From the NCBI GenBank assembly GCA_041169905.1, contig JBEEIJ010000142.1, positions 1-36,266 on the forward strand: a stretch of DNA of 36,266 nt. The letters are read 5' to 3'. Every line of letters begins with the position of its first letter. Position 1 is the first letter of the stretch. Made by a program: the position numbers and the translations under genes. Below, piece after piece: positions 28,680-36,266 of the stretch. The stretch comes from Pseudomonadota bacterium. GTDB lineage: Bacteria > Pseudomonadota > Alphaproteobacteria > Sphingomonadales > Sphingomonadaceae. The notes beneath the pieces were generated by a model. The model was not told the DNA's origin, ran no database searches, and saw only the letters and a program-made list of their open reading frames with translations.

Positions 28680-31057
28680 AAACCGAACTGCAGCCGGAAC
28701 GCCACACCGATGTCATCCGGCGCGCTTTCGAAATGCCCCGGCTCCTGTCGCCAGAACAGGTTTGACGAGACATAGCCGCCTTTCATTGGCAATATCCAAG
28801 CGACCTCACTCGCGATTTCGCGGCCTTGCGGCGCAAGGCTGAAGCGTCTGATGCCGAATGTCGGGTTGAGCGTCGCATAATCATAGGCAATGGGCACATT
28901 CAGCGCGAGGCCGCCGCTGGTGACACGCAGCGGTTGGGCAAATCGCAACGCCAGCCGGTCACCATACGCAAATGCATTGGCCCGTGTGACGTCCAAGGAA
29001 AATGCGTTGCTCTTCAGCAGGCTTTGTCCCGTCAGTGTCGACCCCGCGTTGGCATAGGTCCACCCTTGCCGCCAACTGGTGCCGATGGACCAATTCTGTC
29101 CCAAGGACGCTTCCATATTGCCATCGACGAACAGACTGCGCGCACCGCTGCGACCGATGAAGTTGGCAAAGCGGGCACCGAGGATGGTTTCATCCTCCCG
29201 CATCCAATTGGCGCCCAGCGCCAGTCTCGCTGGCCCGACCTTACGGTCCAGCGACAACCCTAATATTGCATAAGGATATTGGCGTGTACCGCGGCGGAGA
29301 TAATCGTCGCCGGCCCCTTCATACAGACGGGCATCGCCATGTTCGACGCTGCCCGTCAGTCCGAAAGCACCCAATTTCTGTCGCAGGGCGAAGGAATTAC
29401 CTGGCTGGCGCTCAAAGCCGCCCTCCATCCGTGCCTCACCAGCGGTCAAAAACGCGCTGCTTGCCATGTCTTGTAACGCAGCGACTTGATTGGCGGCGGT
29501 TTGTCGGATGCCCAAGCTAAAGCGCGTATCTTTCGTAATCGCTGCGCTGACCCGGGCGGCCAAAAACCGCGCCTGTCGCACCTGCCCCTCCGAAAGCGCG
29601 AGCGGCAATATGCCCGGCGTGCCACCGCCGCTGTCGCTGATGGAAAATGCAATTTGGGTTGTGCCAAGAACCGCGCTCACCGACCGTCCCCGCTGGATAA
29701 GCGCAGGGGTTAATCGCAACCGCGGCGCAGTGGCATTCAAACCATGCGCAAGGTCGATGTCATATGCACGGCCATAGCTATCCACGATCACCGCGTTCAC
29801 GGGACGATTGGACATCGCAACGTCGCCCATCGGGCCACTTGTTGTGCCACCATTGCCCGAAAGCGGAACTTCTATTGTTGTGCCCGCCAATGACGTCTTT
29901 CCGGCGGGCGCAAAGGCACGTCCAATATCCAATATGCCGCGTCCGTAAATCGCGTCGGTGCCGGGGTCACCCGCATCGCGTGCGGACGTCAGCAGCAGAT
30001 TGACGATTTGCAACCCCGTCAGGTTCGGGAAAGCCTGCGCAAGCAATGCTGCGGCTCCGGAAATCTGTGGCGCGGAAAATGATGTGCCTTGCAAAACGCG
30101 GGTGGTTGTCTGACCATTTTGGTCGAACCGGTAAATTGCATCGTCCCGATATTCGCAGCAGATGCCCTGCCCCAGCGCGGACAAAACCGACGCCTGCGAA
30201 ACGCCGGCCTTGTTGCTGAAATTCGAGATTACGCCCTGATTATCAACCGACGCGGCGATAATGACGAGGCCGTTACCATTGGCCGACAATGCCCGGGCAA
30301 ACGGGCTTGGATGATTGGGGTCAAACGCAGGCACGACATCATTGCCTTCATTACCAGCCGAAACGACGATGATGATGCCTGCCTGAGTCGCGCGGTGGAT
30401 CGCACTGCGAAGCGTGTCACTCGCGCCACCTGCACCACCCAGAGATATATTTACAACGCGCGCACCATTGTCGATGGCGCGGTCCACGCCCACTGCAATC
30501 GCGTAGTCATAAAATGCGCATTGCGCCGCATCCTCCCCGGGCGCGGCTGTTGTGCAGCTTCCGGCTTGGTCTGCCCGCAATGCCAAAATCGTCGCGTTAA
30601 AAGCAATGCCATGGACATCGCGGTCATCCTTGGCAGCGGCCAGCACGCGCGCGACTTCCGTCCCATGACCATCATCGTCGCCAAGCGGCCTGCCTGCGCC
30701 GGTGACATCGCCCGACTGCGCATGAATACGCCCGGTGAATTCGTGACTATTGGGATCAATCCCAGAATCAATAACGCCCACGGTCACACCCAATCCCGAT
30801 GCGCCGGTGCGATAGGCCGTTATCGCGTTATGAAAGCCCGGACCGTCCGACTGATTAAATTCTGCTGTCGCAAAATTTGGCGGGGGGGGTGGCGGTGGGG
30901 GTAGGGGTGGCGGTGGGGACGCCACAACTGGAGGGGGTGTGAGCGGTGCCGGTGGCGTCGAGTTTACGCCGCCGCCGCCGCCGCAGGCAGAAAGCGACAA
31001 TGCACATATAATCGAACCGCCGATGACCAGCTTACGATCGGACAAAGCTGCGCTCAT
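28676..31057 (-). CDS. S8 subtilisin-family serine protease with lipobox-like N-terminus, Pro-rich linker and beta-barrel-like C-terminus
   Basis: LSAC|GGGGG, poly-Pro, VIDSG (D), GHGT (H), SAGN, GTSFSAP (S), YGRGILD; terminal Phe. Confidence 0.88.
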   Translation of the reverse strand: MSAALSDRKLVIGGSIICALSLSACGGGGGVNSTPPAPLTPPPVVASPPPPLPPPPPPPPNFATAEFNQSDGPGFHNAITAYRTGASGLGVTVGVIDSGIDPNSHEFTGRIHAQSGDVTGAGRPLGDDDGHGTEVARVLAAAKDDRDVHGIAFNATILALRADQAGSCTTAAPGEDAAQCAFYDYAIAVGVDRAIDNGARVVNISLGGAGGASDTLRSAIHRATQAGIIIVVSAGNEGNDVVPAFDPNHPSPFARALSANGNGLVIIAASVDNQGVISNFSNKAGVSQASVLSALGQGICCEYRDDAIYRFDQNGQTTTRVLQGTSFSAPQISGAAALLAQAFPNLTGLQIVNLLLTSARDAGDPGTDAIYGRGILDIGRAFAPAGKTSLAGTTIEVPLSGNGGTTSGPMGDVAMSNRPVNAVIVDSYGRAYDIDLAHGLNATAPRLRLTPALIQRGRSVSAVLGTTQIAFSISDSGGGTPGILPLALSEGQVRQARFLAARVSAAITKDTRFSLGIRQTAANQVAALQDMASSAFLTAGEARMEGGFERQPGNSFALRQKLGAFGLTGSVEHGDARLYEGAGDDYLRRGTRQYPYAILGLSLDRKVGPARLALGANWMREDETILGARFANFIGRSGARSLFVDGNMEASLGQNWSIGTSWRQGWTYANAGSTLTGQSLLKSNAFSLDVTRANAFAYGDRLALRFAQPLRVTSGGLALNVPIAYDYATLNPTFGIRRFSLAPQGREIASEVAWILPMKGGYVSSNLFWRQEPGHFESAPDDIGVAFRLQFGF

Positions 31058-31160
31058 GACATTACCCCCCTATGTGGGATTACCCTGTTACGCACAAATC
31101 GCTTTCGCCCTTCATAACATGGTTATTGAGATATTACCAACGCGTTGTTACGCGCGGACC

Positions 31161-31835
31161 ATGCAATCATATTTCACCGATATCGACACATGGATCTTTG
31201 ATCTCGACCTCACTCTATATGGCCCGGAGGCGAATATCATGGCGCAGGTCCGGGATCGTATTGCGCTATATGTCGAAGGTCATTTCCAAATTGGTTCGGT
31301 CGAGGCGCACGAAATCCGGCATCGTTATTGGAAGAAATACGGCACGACATTGGGCGGGCTGATGGCTGAACATGGGGTTGACCCTTATGGCTATCTCGAT
31401 TTTGTGCATCAGGTTGACCTGAGCCTCTTGCAACCCGCGCCGGATTTGCGTGCGCATATTCATGCTTTACCGGGGCGCAAAATCATCTTCACCAACGCCG
31501 ATGCACCTTATGCCGAGCGCGTACTGACCGCCCGCGGTCTGGACAATGTGTTTGAGGATGTTTTTGACATCCACCGGATGCAGCATATGCCAAAGCCATT
31601 CGCCGGCAGCTACGACGCCTTGTGCAGCGAATTGAGGATCGACGCCACACGGGCACTTTTTGTGGAAGATTCGGCGCATAATCTGGTCCCGGCCAAAGCG
31701 TTGGGCATGCGCACAATTTGGGTGAAACATGAAGGCGAAGCTGATAGCGCAGCATATCAAGACCATATCGACCATGAAATTACCGATGTGACCCAATGGC
31801 TATCGGAAATTCACAGCTTTGAAAGAGCCGCATGA
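31161..31835 (+). CDS. Pyrimidine 5'-nucleotidase, HAD family
   Basis: [40 protein letters not shown]; start placed at MQSYF. Confidence 0.88.
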   Translation: MQSYFTDIDTWIFDLDLTLYGPEANIMAQVRDRIALYVEGHFQIGSVEAHEIRHRYWKKYGTTLGGLMAEHGVDPYGYLDFVHQVDLSLLQPAPDLRAHIHALPGRKIIFTNADAPYAERVLTARGLDNVFEDVFDIHRMQHMPKPFAGSYDALCSELRIDATRALFVEDSAHNLVPAKALGMRTIWVKHEGEADSAAYQDHIDHEITDVTQWLSEIHSFERAA

Positions 31836-32671
31836 CTGGACAACTAACCGCCATCATTGACGCCGCATGGGACGCCCGTGACGGGATCAGCAGCGCTACC
31901 CAAGGCGAGGTACGCGACGCTGTACAAACAGCATTGGCCGGTCTTGATGACGGGTCACTGCGCGTTGCCGAAAAGCTGGATGGTAGTTGGCAGGTCAACC
32001 AATGGCTGAAAAAAGCTGTTTTGCTGTCTTTCCGGTTGAATGACAATGTCGTGGTTGACGGCGGTGCAGCTGGCGCCCCTGCCTATGACAAGGTCCCTTC
32101 CAAATTTACAGGATGGAGCGAAAGCCGGTTCCGCGATGCAGGGTTCCGCGTTGTACCCGGCGCCGTCGCGCGGCGCGGCAGCTTCATCGGCAAGAATGTT
32201 GTACTGATGCCGAGCTTTGTAAACATCGGCGCACGCGTTGATGAAGGCACCATGGTCGACACATGGGCAACGGTCGGAAGCTGCGCGCAAATTGGTAAAA
32301 ATGTCCATCTATCGGGCGGCGTTGGCATTGGCGGCGTACTTGAACCGCTTCAGGCTGGCCCCGTCATCATTGAAGACAATTGCTTCATTGGCGCACGGTC
32401 AGAAGTTGTCGAAGGCGTCGTTATCGAAGAAGGCGCAGTGCTTTCCATGGGTGTTTTCATCAGTTCTACCAGCAAGATTATCGACCGGACAACCGGCGAA
32501 ATCTTTGTTGGCCGCGTGCCTGCATATTCGGTTGTTGTCCCCGGTTCGCTACCGGGCAAAGCGCTTCCCGATGGCAGCCCGGGCCCAAATCTTTCCTGCG
32601 CAGTCATCGTCAAACGCGTCGATGCGCAGACCCGCGCAAAGACCGCAATCAACGACCTGTTGAGGGATTAA
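31832..32671 (+). CDS. dapD: 2,3,4,5-tetrahydropyridine-2,6-dicarboxylate N-succinyltransferase
   Basis: [62 protein letters not shown]. Confidence 0.97.
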   Translation: MTGQLTAIIDAAWDARDGISSATQGEVRDAVQTALAGLDDGSLRVAEKLDGSWQVNQWLKKAVLLSFRLNDNVVVDGGAAGAPAYDKVPSKFTGWSESRFRDAGFRVVPGAVARRGSFIGKNVVLMPSFVNIGARVDEGTMVDTWATVGSCAQIGKNVHLSGGVGIGGVLEPLQAGPVIIEDNCFIGARSEVVEGVVIEEGAVLSMGVFISSTSKIIDRTTGEIFVGRVPAYSVVVPGSLPGKALPDGSPGPNLSCAVIVKRVDAQTRAKTAINDLLRD

Positions 32672-32741
32672 TTCGCTAAGCCTTGCGAGGGCAATCAAAA
32701 CGGGCTTGCAATTCGGACGAAATTGCTCCAAAAGCTTTAAG

Positions 32742-32900
32742 CGGACCGGGCCCCTCTGGCGCTTCGCTTCTTCGGAAGGAACGTGATGTCGGCCGCATCG
32801 GATGTTTCCGGTGCACTGGTCAGGCGGTCTTCAAACCCCCGAAATACGCTAGGCTTTGCCCGGAACATCCGATTGAACTTAAACAATGTTCAAGAGGATA
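32742..32900 (+). ncRNA. Structured cis-regulatory leader RNA upstream of DUF465-TerC (possibly sul1 RNA motif)
   Basis: C(UUCG)G tetraloop hairpin 32767-32778; long-range pair 32797-32811 / 32860-32873; hairpin 32873-32893 abutting the RBS. The family name is from recollection only. Confidence 0.55.
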
Positions 32901-32905
32901 TAGTC

Positions 32906-33100
32906 ATGACTTTTTCGTCATTTCGATTGATGCAATATCACCAAAAAATTGATCGCGAACTGCGCGCTGAAATTTCACGGCGCTGGCCAGACGTGTTCCG
33001 CATCCAGAAACTGAAGCGGTTGAAACTGGCGATCAAGGATCGGTTGGCGCGCCACGCGCAAAGCTCCCTTGGCCGTCGTCTGCGCCTTAAAAAGACTTAA
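32906..33100 (+). CDS. DUF465/YdcH-like small coiled-coil protein
   Basis: HQKIDREL..E..R..PD...I..LKRLKLAIKDRL; GAGGA RBS. Confidence 0.75.
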   Translation: MTFSSFRLMQYHQKIDRELRAEISRRWPDVFRIQKLKRLKLAIKDRLARHAQSSLGRRLRLKKT

Positions 33101-33112
33101 TCTTTTAAAGCG

Positions 33113-33144
33113 GACGCCGCGCGCATGTAAATCTGCGCGGCGTC
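33113..33144 (+). other. GC-rich hairpin with GTAA (GNRA) loop between DUF465 and TerC genes
   Basis: GACGCCGCGC..AT-GTAA-AT..GCGCGGCGTC; no U-tract on the + strand. Confidence 0.55.
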
Positions 33145-33171
33145 AGCACGTACAATATAGGAAATGATTTC

Positions 33172-34167
33172 ATGGAATTTTTGATGATGGACTGGCTGGG
33201 CACACCGGCCTGGTTCTGGTTGGCCTTTATAGGCATCGTAATCACGCTCACCGCGTTTGACCTTGGCATTTTGCACAAGGACGACAAAGAGATGGGCATC
33301 GCCGAAAGCCTGAAGCTCTCGGCGTTTTACATCAGCATTGCGATGCTGTTCGGCCTTTGGGTCTGGTTCCAAAAGGGGGCAGACATGGGCATGAAATATT
33401 ATACAGGCTTTTTCATCGAGAAAGCGCTGTCGATTGATAATGTCTTTGTCATCAGCCTGATTTTCACCTTCTTCGCGATCCCACGGAAATACCAATACCG
33501 CGCATTGCTATGGGGCATTATCGCCGTCATCGTCTTGCGTGGCCTGATGATTGCCGCTGGCGCTGCCATTGTGCAGGAATATTATTGGACGCTTTATATC
33601 TTCGCGGCTTTCCTGATTGGAACCGGCATCAAGATGCTATTTTCTGGTGATGAGGAAATGGACGTCGCCAAGAACCCGGTGGTCAAATTTATTTCACGGC
33701 ATATGCGCGTGACCAAAGAGCTTCATGATGAGAAGTTCTTTGTGAAGGTACAAGATGACAAAACCGGAAAGATGGTGCGCGCGGCGACGCCATTGTTCCT
33801 TGCGCTTGTCGTGATCAATCTCGCTGACCTTGTGTTCGCAGTGGACTCGGTACCGGCGATCTTTGCCATCACCACCGACACGTTCATCGTCTACACGTCA
33901 AACATCATGGCGATTTTGGGCCTGCGTGCCTTGTATTTCGCACTCGCCGCGATGGTCCATCGTTTCCATTATCTTAAATATGCGCTGGCATTGGTTCTGG
34001 TCTTCATCGGTTCGAAGATCTTCGTTTCAGACTTTGTGATGGACGGCGACAAGTTTCCGCCCGTCCTAAGTCTGGGCGTCACCTTTGGGCTGATTTTAGG
34101 AGGTATATTCTTTTCGCTCTGGAAAACGCGCGGCGAAGAGGCATCGGGTCCATCCCATAGCGTTTAG
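33172..34167 (+). CDS. TerC/Alx family membrane protein
   Basis: IEKALSIDNVFV, QYRALLWGI...LR, DLVFAVDSVPAIFAIT, SNIMAILGLRALYF, LVFIG.K. Confidence 0.93.
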   Translation: MEFLMMDWLGTPAWFWLAFIGIVITLTAFDLGILHKDDKEMGIAESLKLSAFYISIAMLFGLWVWFQKGADMGMKYYTGFFIEKALSIDNVFVISLIFTFFAIPRKYQYRALLWGIIAVIVLRGLMIAAGAAIVQEYYWTLYIFAAFLIGTGIKMLFSGDEEMDVAKNPVVKFISRHMRVTKELHDEKFFVKVQDDKTGKMVRAATPLFLALVVINLADLVFAVDSVPAIFAITTDTFIVYTSNIMAILGLRALYFALAAMVHRFHYLKYALALVLVFIGSKIFVSDFVMDGDKFPPVLSLGVTFGLILGGIFFSLWKTRGEEASGPSHSV

Positions 34168-34197
34168 CCGCGACTTAAGCGGTGCGGCTAAACGCTA
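34158..34197. terminator. 14-bp perfect hairpin between convergent TerC and HNH genes (possible terminator or small repeat element)
   Basis: TAGCGTTTAGCCGC-N12-GCGGCTAAACGCTA; contains both stop codons; no clear U-tracts. Confidence 0.55.
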
Positions 34198-34515
34198 ACG
34201 CCGGTCCTTTGTCGGCGCGTTAAAGTCGGACGGTTTGTTGGCAATCCATGCCACGAACCGTCCGATTTCTTCATGCGCCAACAACGCGTCAACGGTGGCA
34301 AAACGCTTTTCGAGATCGCTGTTGGTGAAATTGGCATGAATGGTCCGATGGCAAATCGGGTGCACCGGCTGCCGTTCTTTGCCACCCCGGCTTTTGGGCA
34401 CAGGATGATGCCATTCGGTGACCGCACCCATCGGGCGCGAACACAGCCAGCAGGTTATTTCGGGCGCAATGGACTCTTCGTCAGAGCCATAAAAATCGCG
34501 ATTTTTTCGCGCCAT
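34195..34515 (-). CDS. Small HNH endonuclease-family protein
   Basis: CWLC, EWHHPVPKSRGG, VHPICHRTIH..FTN..L. Confidence 0.82.
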   Translation of the reverse strand: MARKNRDFYGSDEESIAPEITCWLCSRPMGAVTEWHHPVPKSRGGKERQPVHPICHRTIHANFTNSDLEKRFATVDALLAHEEIGRFVAWIANKPSDFNAPTKDRR

Positions 34516-34549
34516 TGTCGCCGCTCCATGACCTGCCAGATATCCGCAA

Positions 34550-35884
34550 TCAGTTCTTGCCGGTTCCCAGCAAATCCAACGCCGCGGCTGTCATCGCCTC
34601 AATGCCCAAGCGGACCGATGGTTCGGGATCGATCTTGAACAAGGGCGAATGGTGACCGGCCACGGCTGGTCCGCCATTTTTCGCCGCAGCAATCCATTCA
34701 GGGTTAGTTCCGCCGACCGCGAAATAATATCCCGGGATGCCAAATTGCTGATCGACGAAGAATGCGAAATCCTCTGCGCCCATATTCGTCTGGCGGAATG
34801 GCACGACAACGTCGCTACCCAATGCCGTCGCAATTGCACCGTTCAAGCGGCGGGCAAGCGCCGCGTCATTGACGGTGACGGGCGTGCTTTCGTTGACCTT
34901 TACGATCGGCAATTTATCCGCAGGCAAACCATTGGCCGCGCCAATACCCTTTGCCACGCGTTCGATGGAGGCAATCAGCTGATCGCGAACCGCTTGGCTG
35001 TTGGCACGCACGGTCACCTGTAAATCGGCATATTCCGAAATGATGTTATGTTTTGTCCCGGCGTGGAATGCGCCAACGGTAATCACGCCAGCGTCCAAAG
35101 GACCTTTTTCGCGGCTGATGACCGATTGCAGGCCCACAACAATCTGCGACGCGATGTAGACGGGATCACGGCCAAGATGCGGTGCAGCGCCGTGCGTGGC
35201 GATACCGGGAACGCGGATGTCGACGCTGTCTGCCGACGAATATTGAATGCCTTCCGATGCGGCGATTTTGCCGGTTTCCAATTCTGCTGCCACATGGAAC
35301 GCAAGCGCATAATCAGGCTTGGGGAAACGGGTATATAGACCATCCTGCACCATGGCCTTGGCACCGCCAACGCGCTCTTCAGCGGGTTGGACGATGAACA
35401 GGATTGTGCCTTTCCACCGGTCTTTCATGCGCGCCATTTGCCGCGCCGTGCCGACCAAAGAGGTAATGTGCACATCATGGCCACAGGCGTGCATGACCGG
35501 CATTTCAAGGCCATCCACACCGACCTGTCTGACGGTGGAGCTGTTGGCGAGGCCCGAACGTTCCTGCACGGGCAATCCGTCCATGTCCGCACGGACCAGC
35601 ACAACGGGACCATCGCCATTTTTCAGCATGCCGACAACGCCGGTTCCGCCAACCTTTTCCGTCACGATCATGCCAGGCACGGCGCGCAGTTCCTGTGCCA
35701 TACGGGCGGCAGTCTTATATTCGCGGAACGACAGTTCAGGATTGCGGTGGAAATGATCCCACAGGCTGGCGAGCGACTTATCATAGTCTGCTTTGACGGC
35801 ATCCGCATAATCCGGGCGGGCCGCAGCTGGCGTGGCGATCAGTGCACTTGTCAAAAGCGCGCCCAATAAAGTTTTTTTCATCAT
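34550..35884 (-). CDS. M20 family amidohydrolase with signal peptide
   Basis: HRNPELSFRE, RADMDGLP, MHACGHDVH, QPAEE, GAEDF, HHSP.F; N-terminal signal ending PAAA. Confidence 0.92.
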   Translation of the reverse strand: MMKKTLLGALLTSALIATPAAARPDYADAVKADYDKSLASLWDHFHRNPELSFREYKTAARMAQELRAVPGMIVTEKVGGTGVVGMLKNGDGPVVLVRADMDGLPVQERSGLANSSTVRQVGVDGLEMPVMHACGHDVHITSLVGTARQMARMKDRWKGTILFIVQPAEERVGGAKAMVQDGLYTRFPKPDYALAFHVAAELETGKIAASEGIQYSSADSVDIRVPGIATHGAAPHLGRDPVYIASQIVVGLQSVISREKGPLDAGVITVGAFHAGTKHNIISEYADLQVTVRANSQAVRDQLIASIERVAKGIGAANGLPADKLPIVKVNESTPVTVNDAALARRLNGAIATALGSDVVVPFRQTNMGAEDFAFFVDQQFGIPGYYFAVGGTNPEWIAAAKNGGPAVAGHHSPLFKIDPEPSVRLGIEAMTAAALDLLGTGKN

Positions 35885-35969
35885 AAACACTGTCCCCCAT
35901 TGTATCTGTTATGCGGCGGCTCAAATTTTCACTGTCGGGTGAGGCCGCCTTGGTCTGAATGCTACGCTA

Positions 35970-36266
35970 TCACGGGCACCGGTCAAAGCAATGCCCGACG
36001 GGTGAAAATTCATCCACCATCGTCACATAGCGGTAAAATCCCTTGCCTTGCGCAGGATTAATCCAAAAACCGGCACGTAGCGAATATGCCTCTCCGACAT
36101 GGCCAAACCATCGCTTGCCCGCATTGTCCTGCAACCAATGCACGCCAAGGCCATATGCCGTGAAATAGCCCTTGTCGTCATCGCCATTTGAACCATTGAA
36201 GGTCCATACTGGCCCGGTCATTTCGGCGAAGCTTTGTTTCGACAATAATGGCGCGCCCTGACGCAA
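35970..36266 (-). CDS. C-terminal fragment of a probable serine hydrolase/beta-lactamase-family protein (truncated by the window end)
   Basis: YGLG...WFGH.GEAY.LRAGFW resembles the HxG region of this family. Confidence 0.6.
   Translation of the reverse strand: MRQGAPLLSKQSFAEMTGPVWTFNGSNGDDDKGYFTAYGLGVHWLQDNAGKRWFGHVGEAYSLRAGFWINPAQGKGFYRYVTMVDEFSPVGHCFDRCP

Noticed and set aside
30879-30985. G-rich tract with quadruplex-like runs
   Set aside because: Explained by the poly-Pro and poly-Gly codons of the S8 protease N-terminus on the minus strand.
32783-32905. Longer start for the DUF465 ORF (105 aa)
   Set aside because: The extension runs through the structured leader; the ATG at 32906 has a clear GAGGA RBS and gives a typical DUF465 size.
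34195-34515. HNH gene as a mobile homing or defence element
   Set aside because: No flanking repeat pair, methylase or partner gene, and no evident compositional shift; it looks like a resident small HNH protein.

Overview
A 36 kb core-genome window from an alphaproteobacterium of the order Sphingomonadales (16S V1/V2 segments are sphingomonad-like). It opens with the 5' end of a 16S rRNA gene, with its boxA leader and promoter, on the minus strand. Housekeeping and metabolic genes follow: 2OG-Fe(II) oxygenase, EVE protein, ATP-grasp protein, GST, serine hydrolase, scoAB, crtZ, leuC/leuD, zeta-subunit-bolA-grxD, glpD, the Rrf2-sufBCDS-sufT-sufA operon, an S8 protease, dapD, DUF465-TerC behind a structured RNA leader, a small HNH protein and an M20 amidohydrolase. 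The most unusual part is the suf operon, where three gene junctions hold three unrelated palindromic elements that are all open for translation. (i) sufB/sufC: a DUF559 (Vsr-like) endonuclease ORF has hairpin-bearing inverted repeats inside it and ends in a 48-nt duplicate of the sufB 3' end that differs only at synonymous sites; an orphan membrane-protein gene follows. (ii) sufC/sufD: a perfect 26-bp inverted repeat lies inside an unannotated 37-aa ORF with ATGA overlaps at both ends. (iii) sufS/sufT: a REP-doublet-like element with compensatory stem changes lies inside an unannotated 31-aa ORF. I infer a family of palindrome-bounded selfish cassettes that invade operon junctions while preserving translational coupling. 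All product calls come from motif recognition only; no database searches were run.
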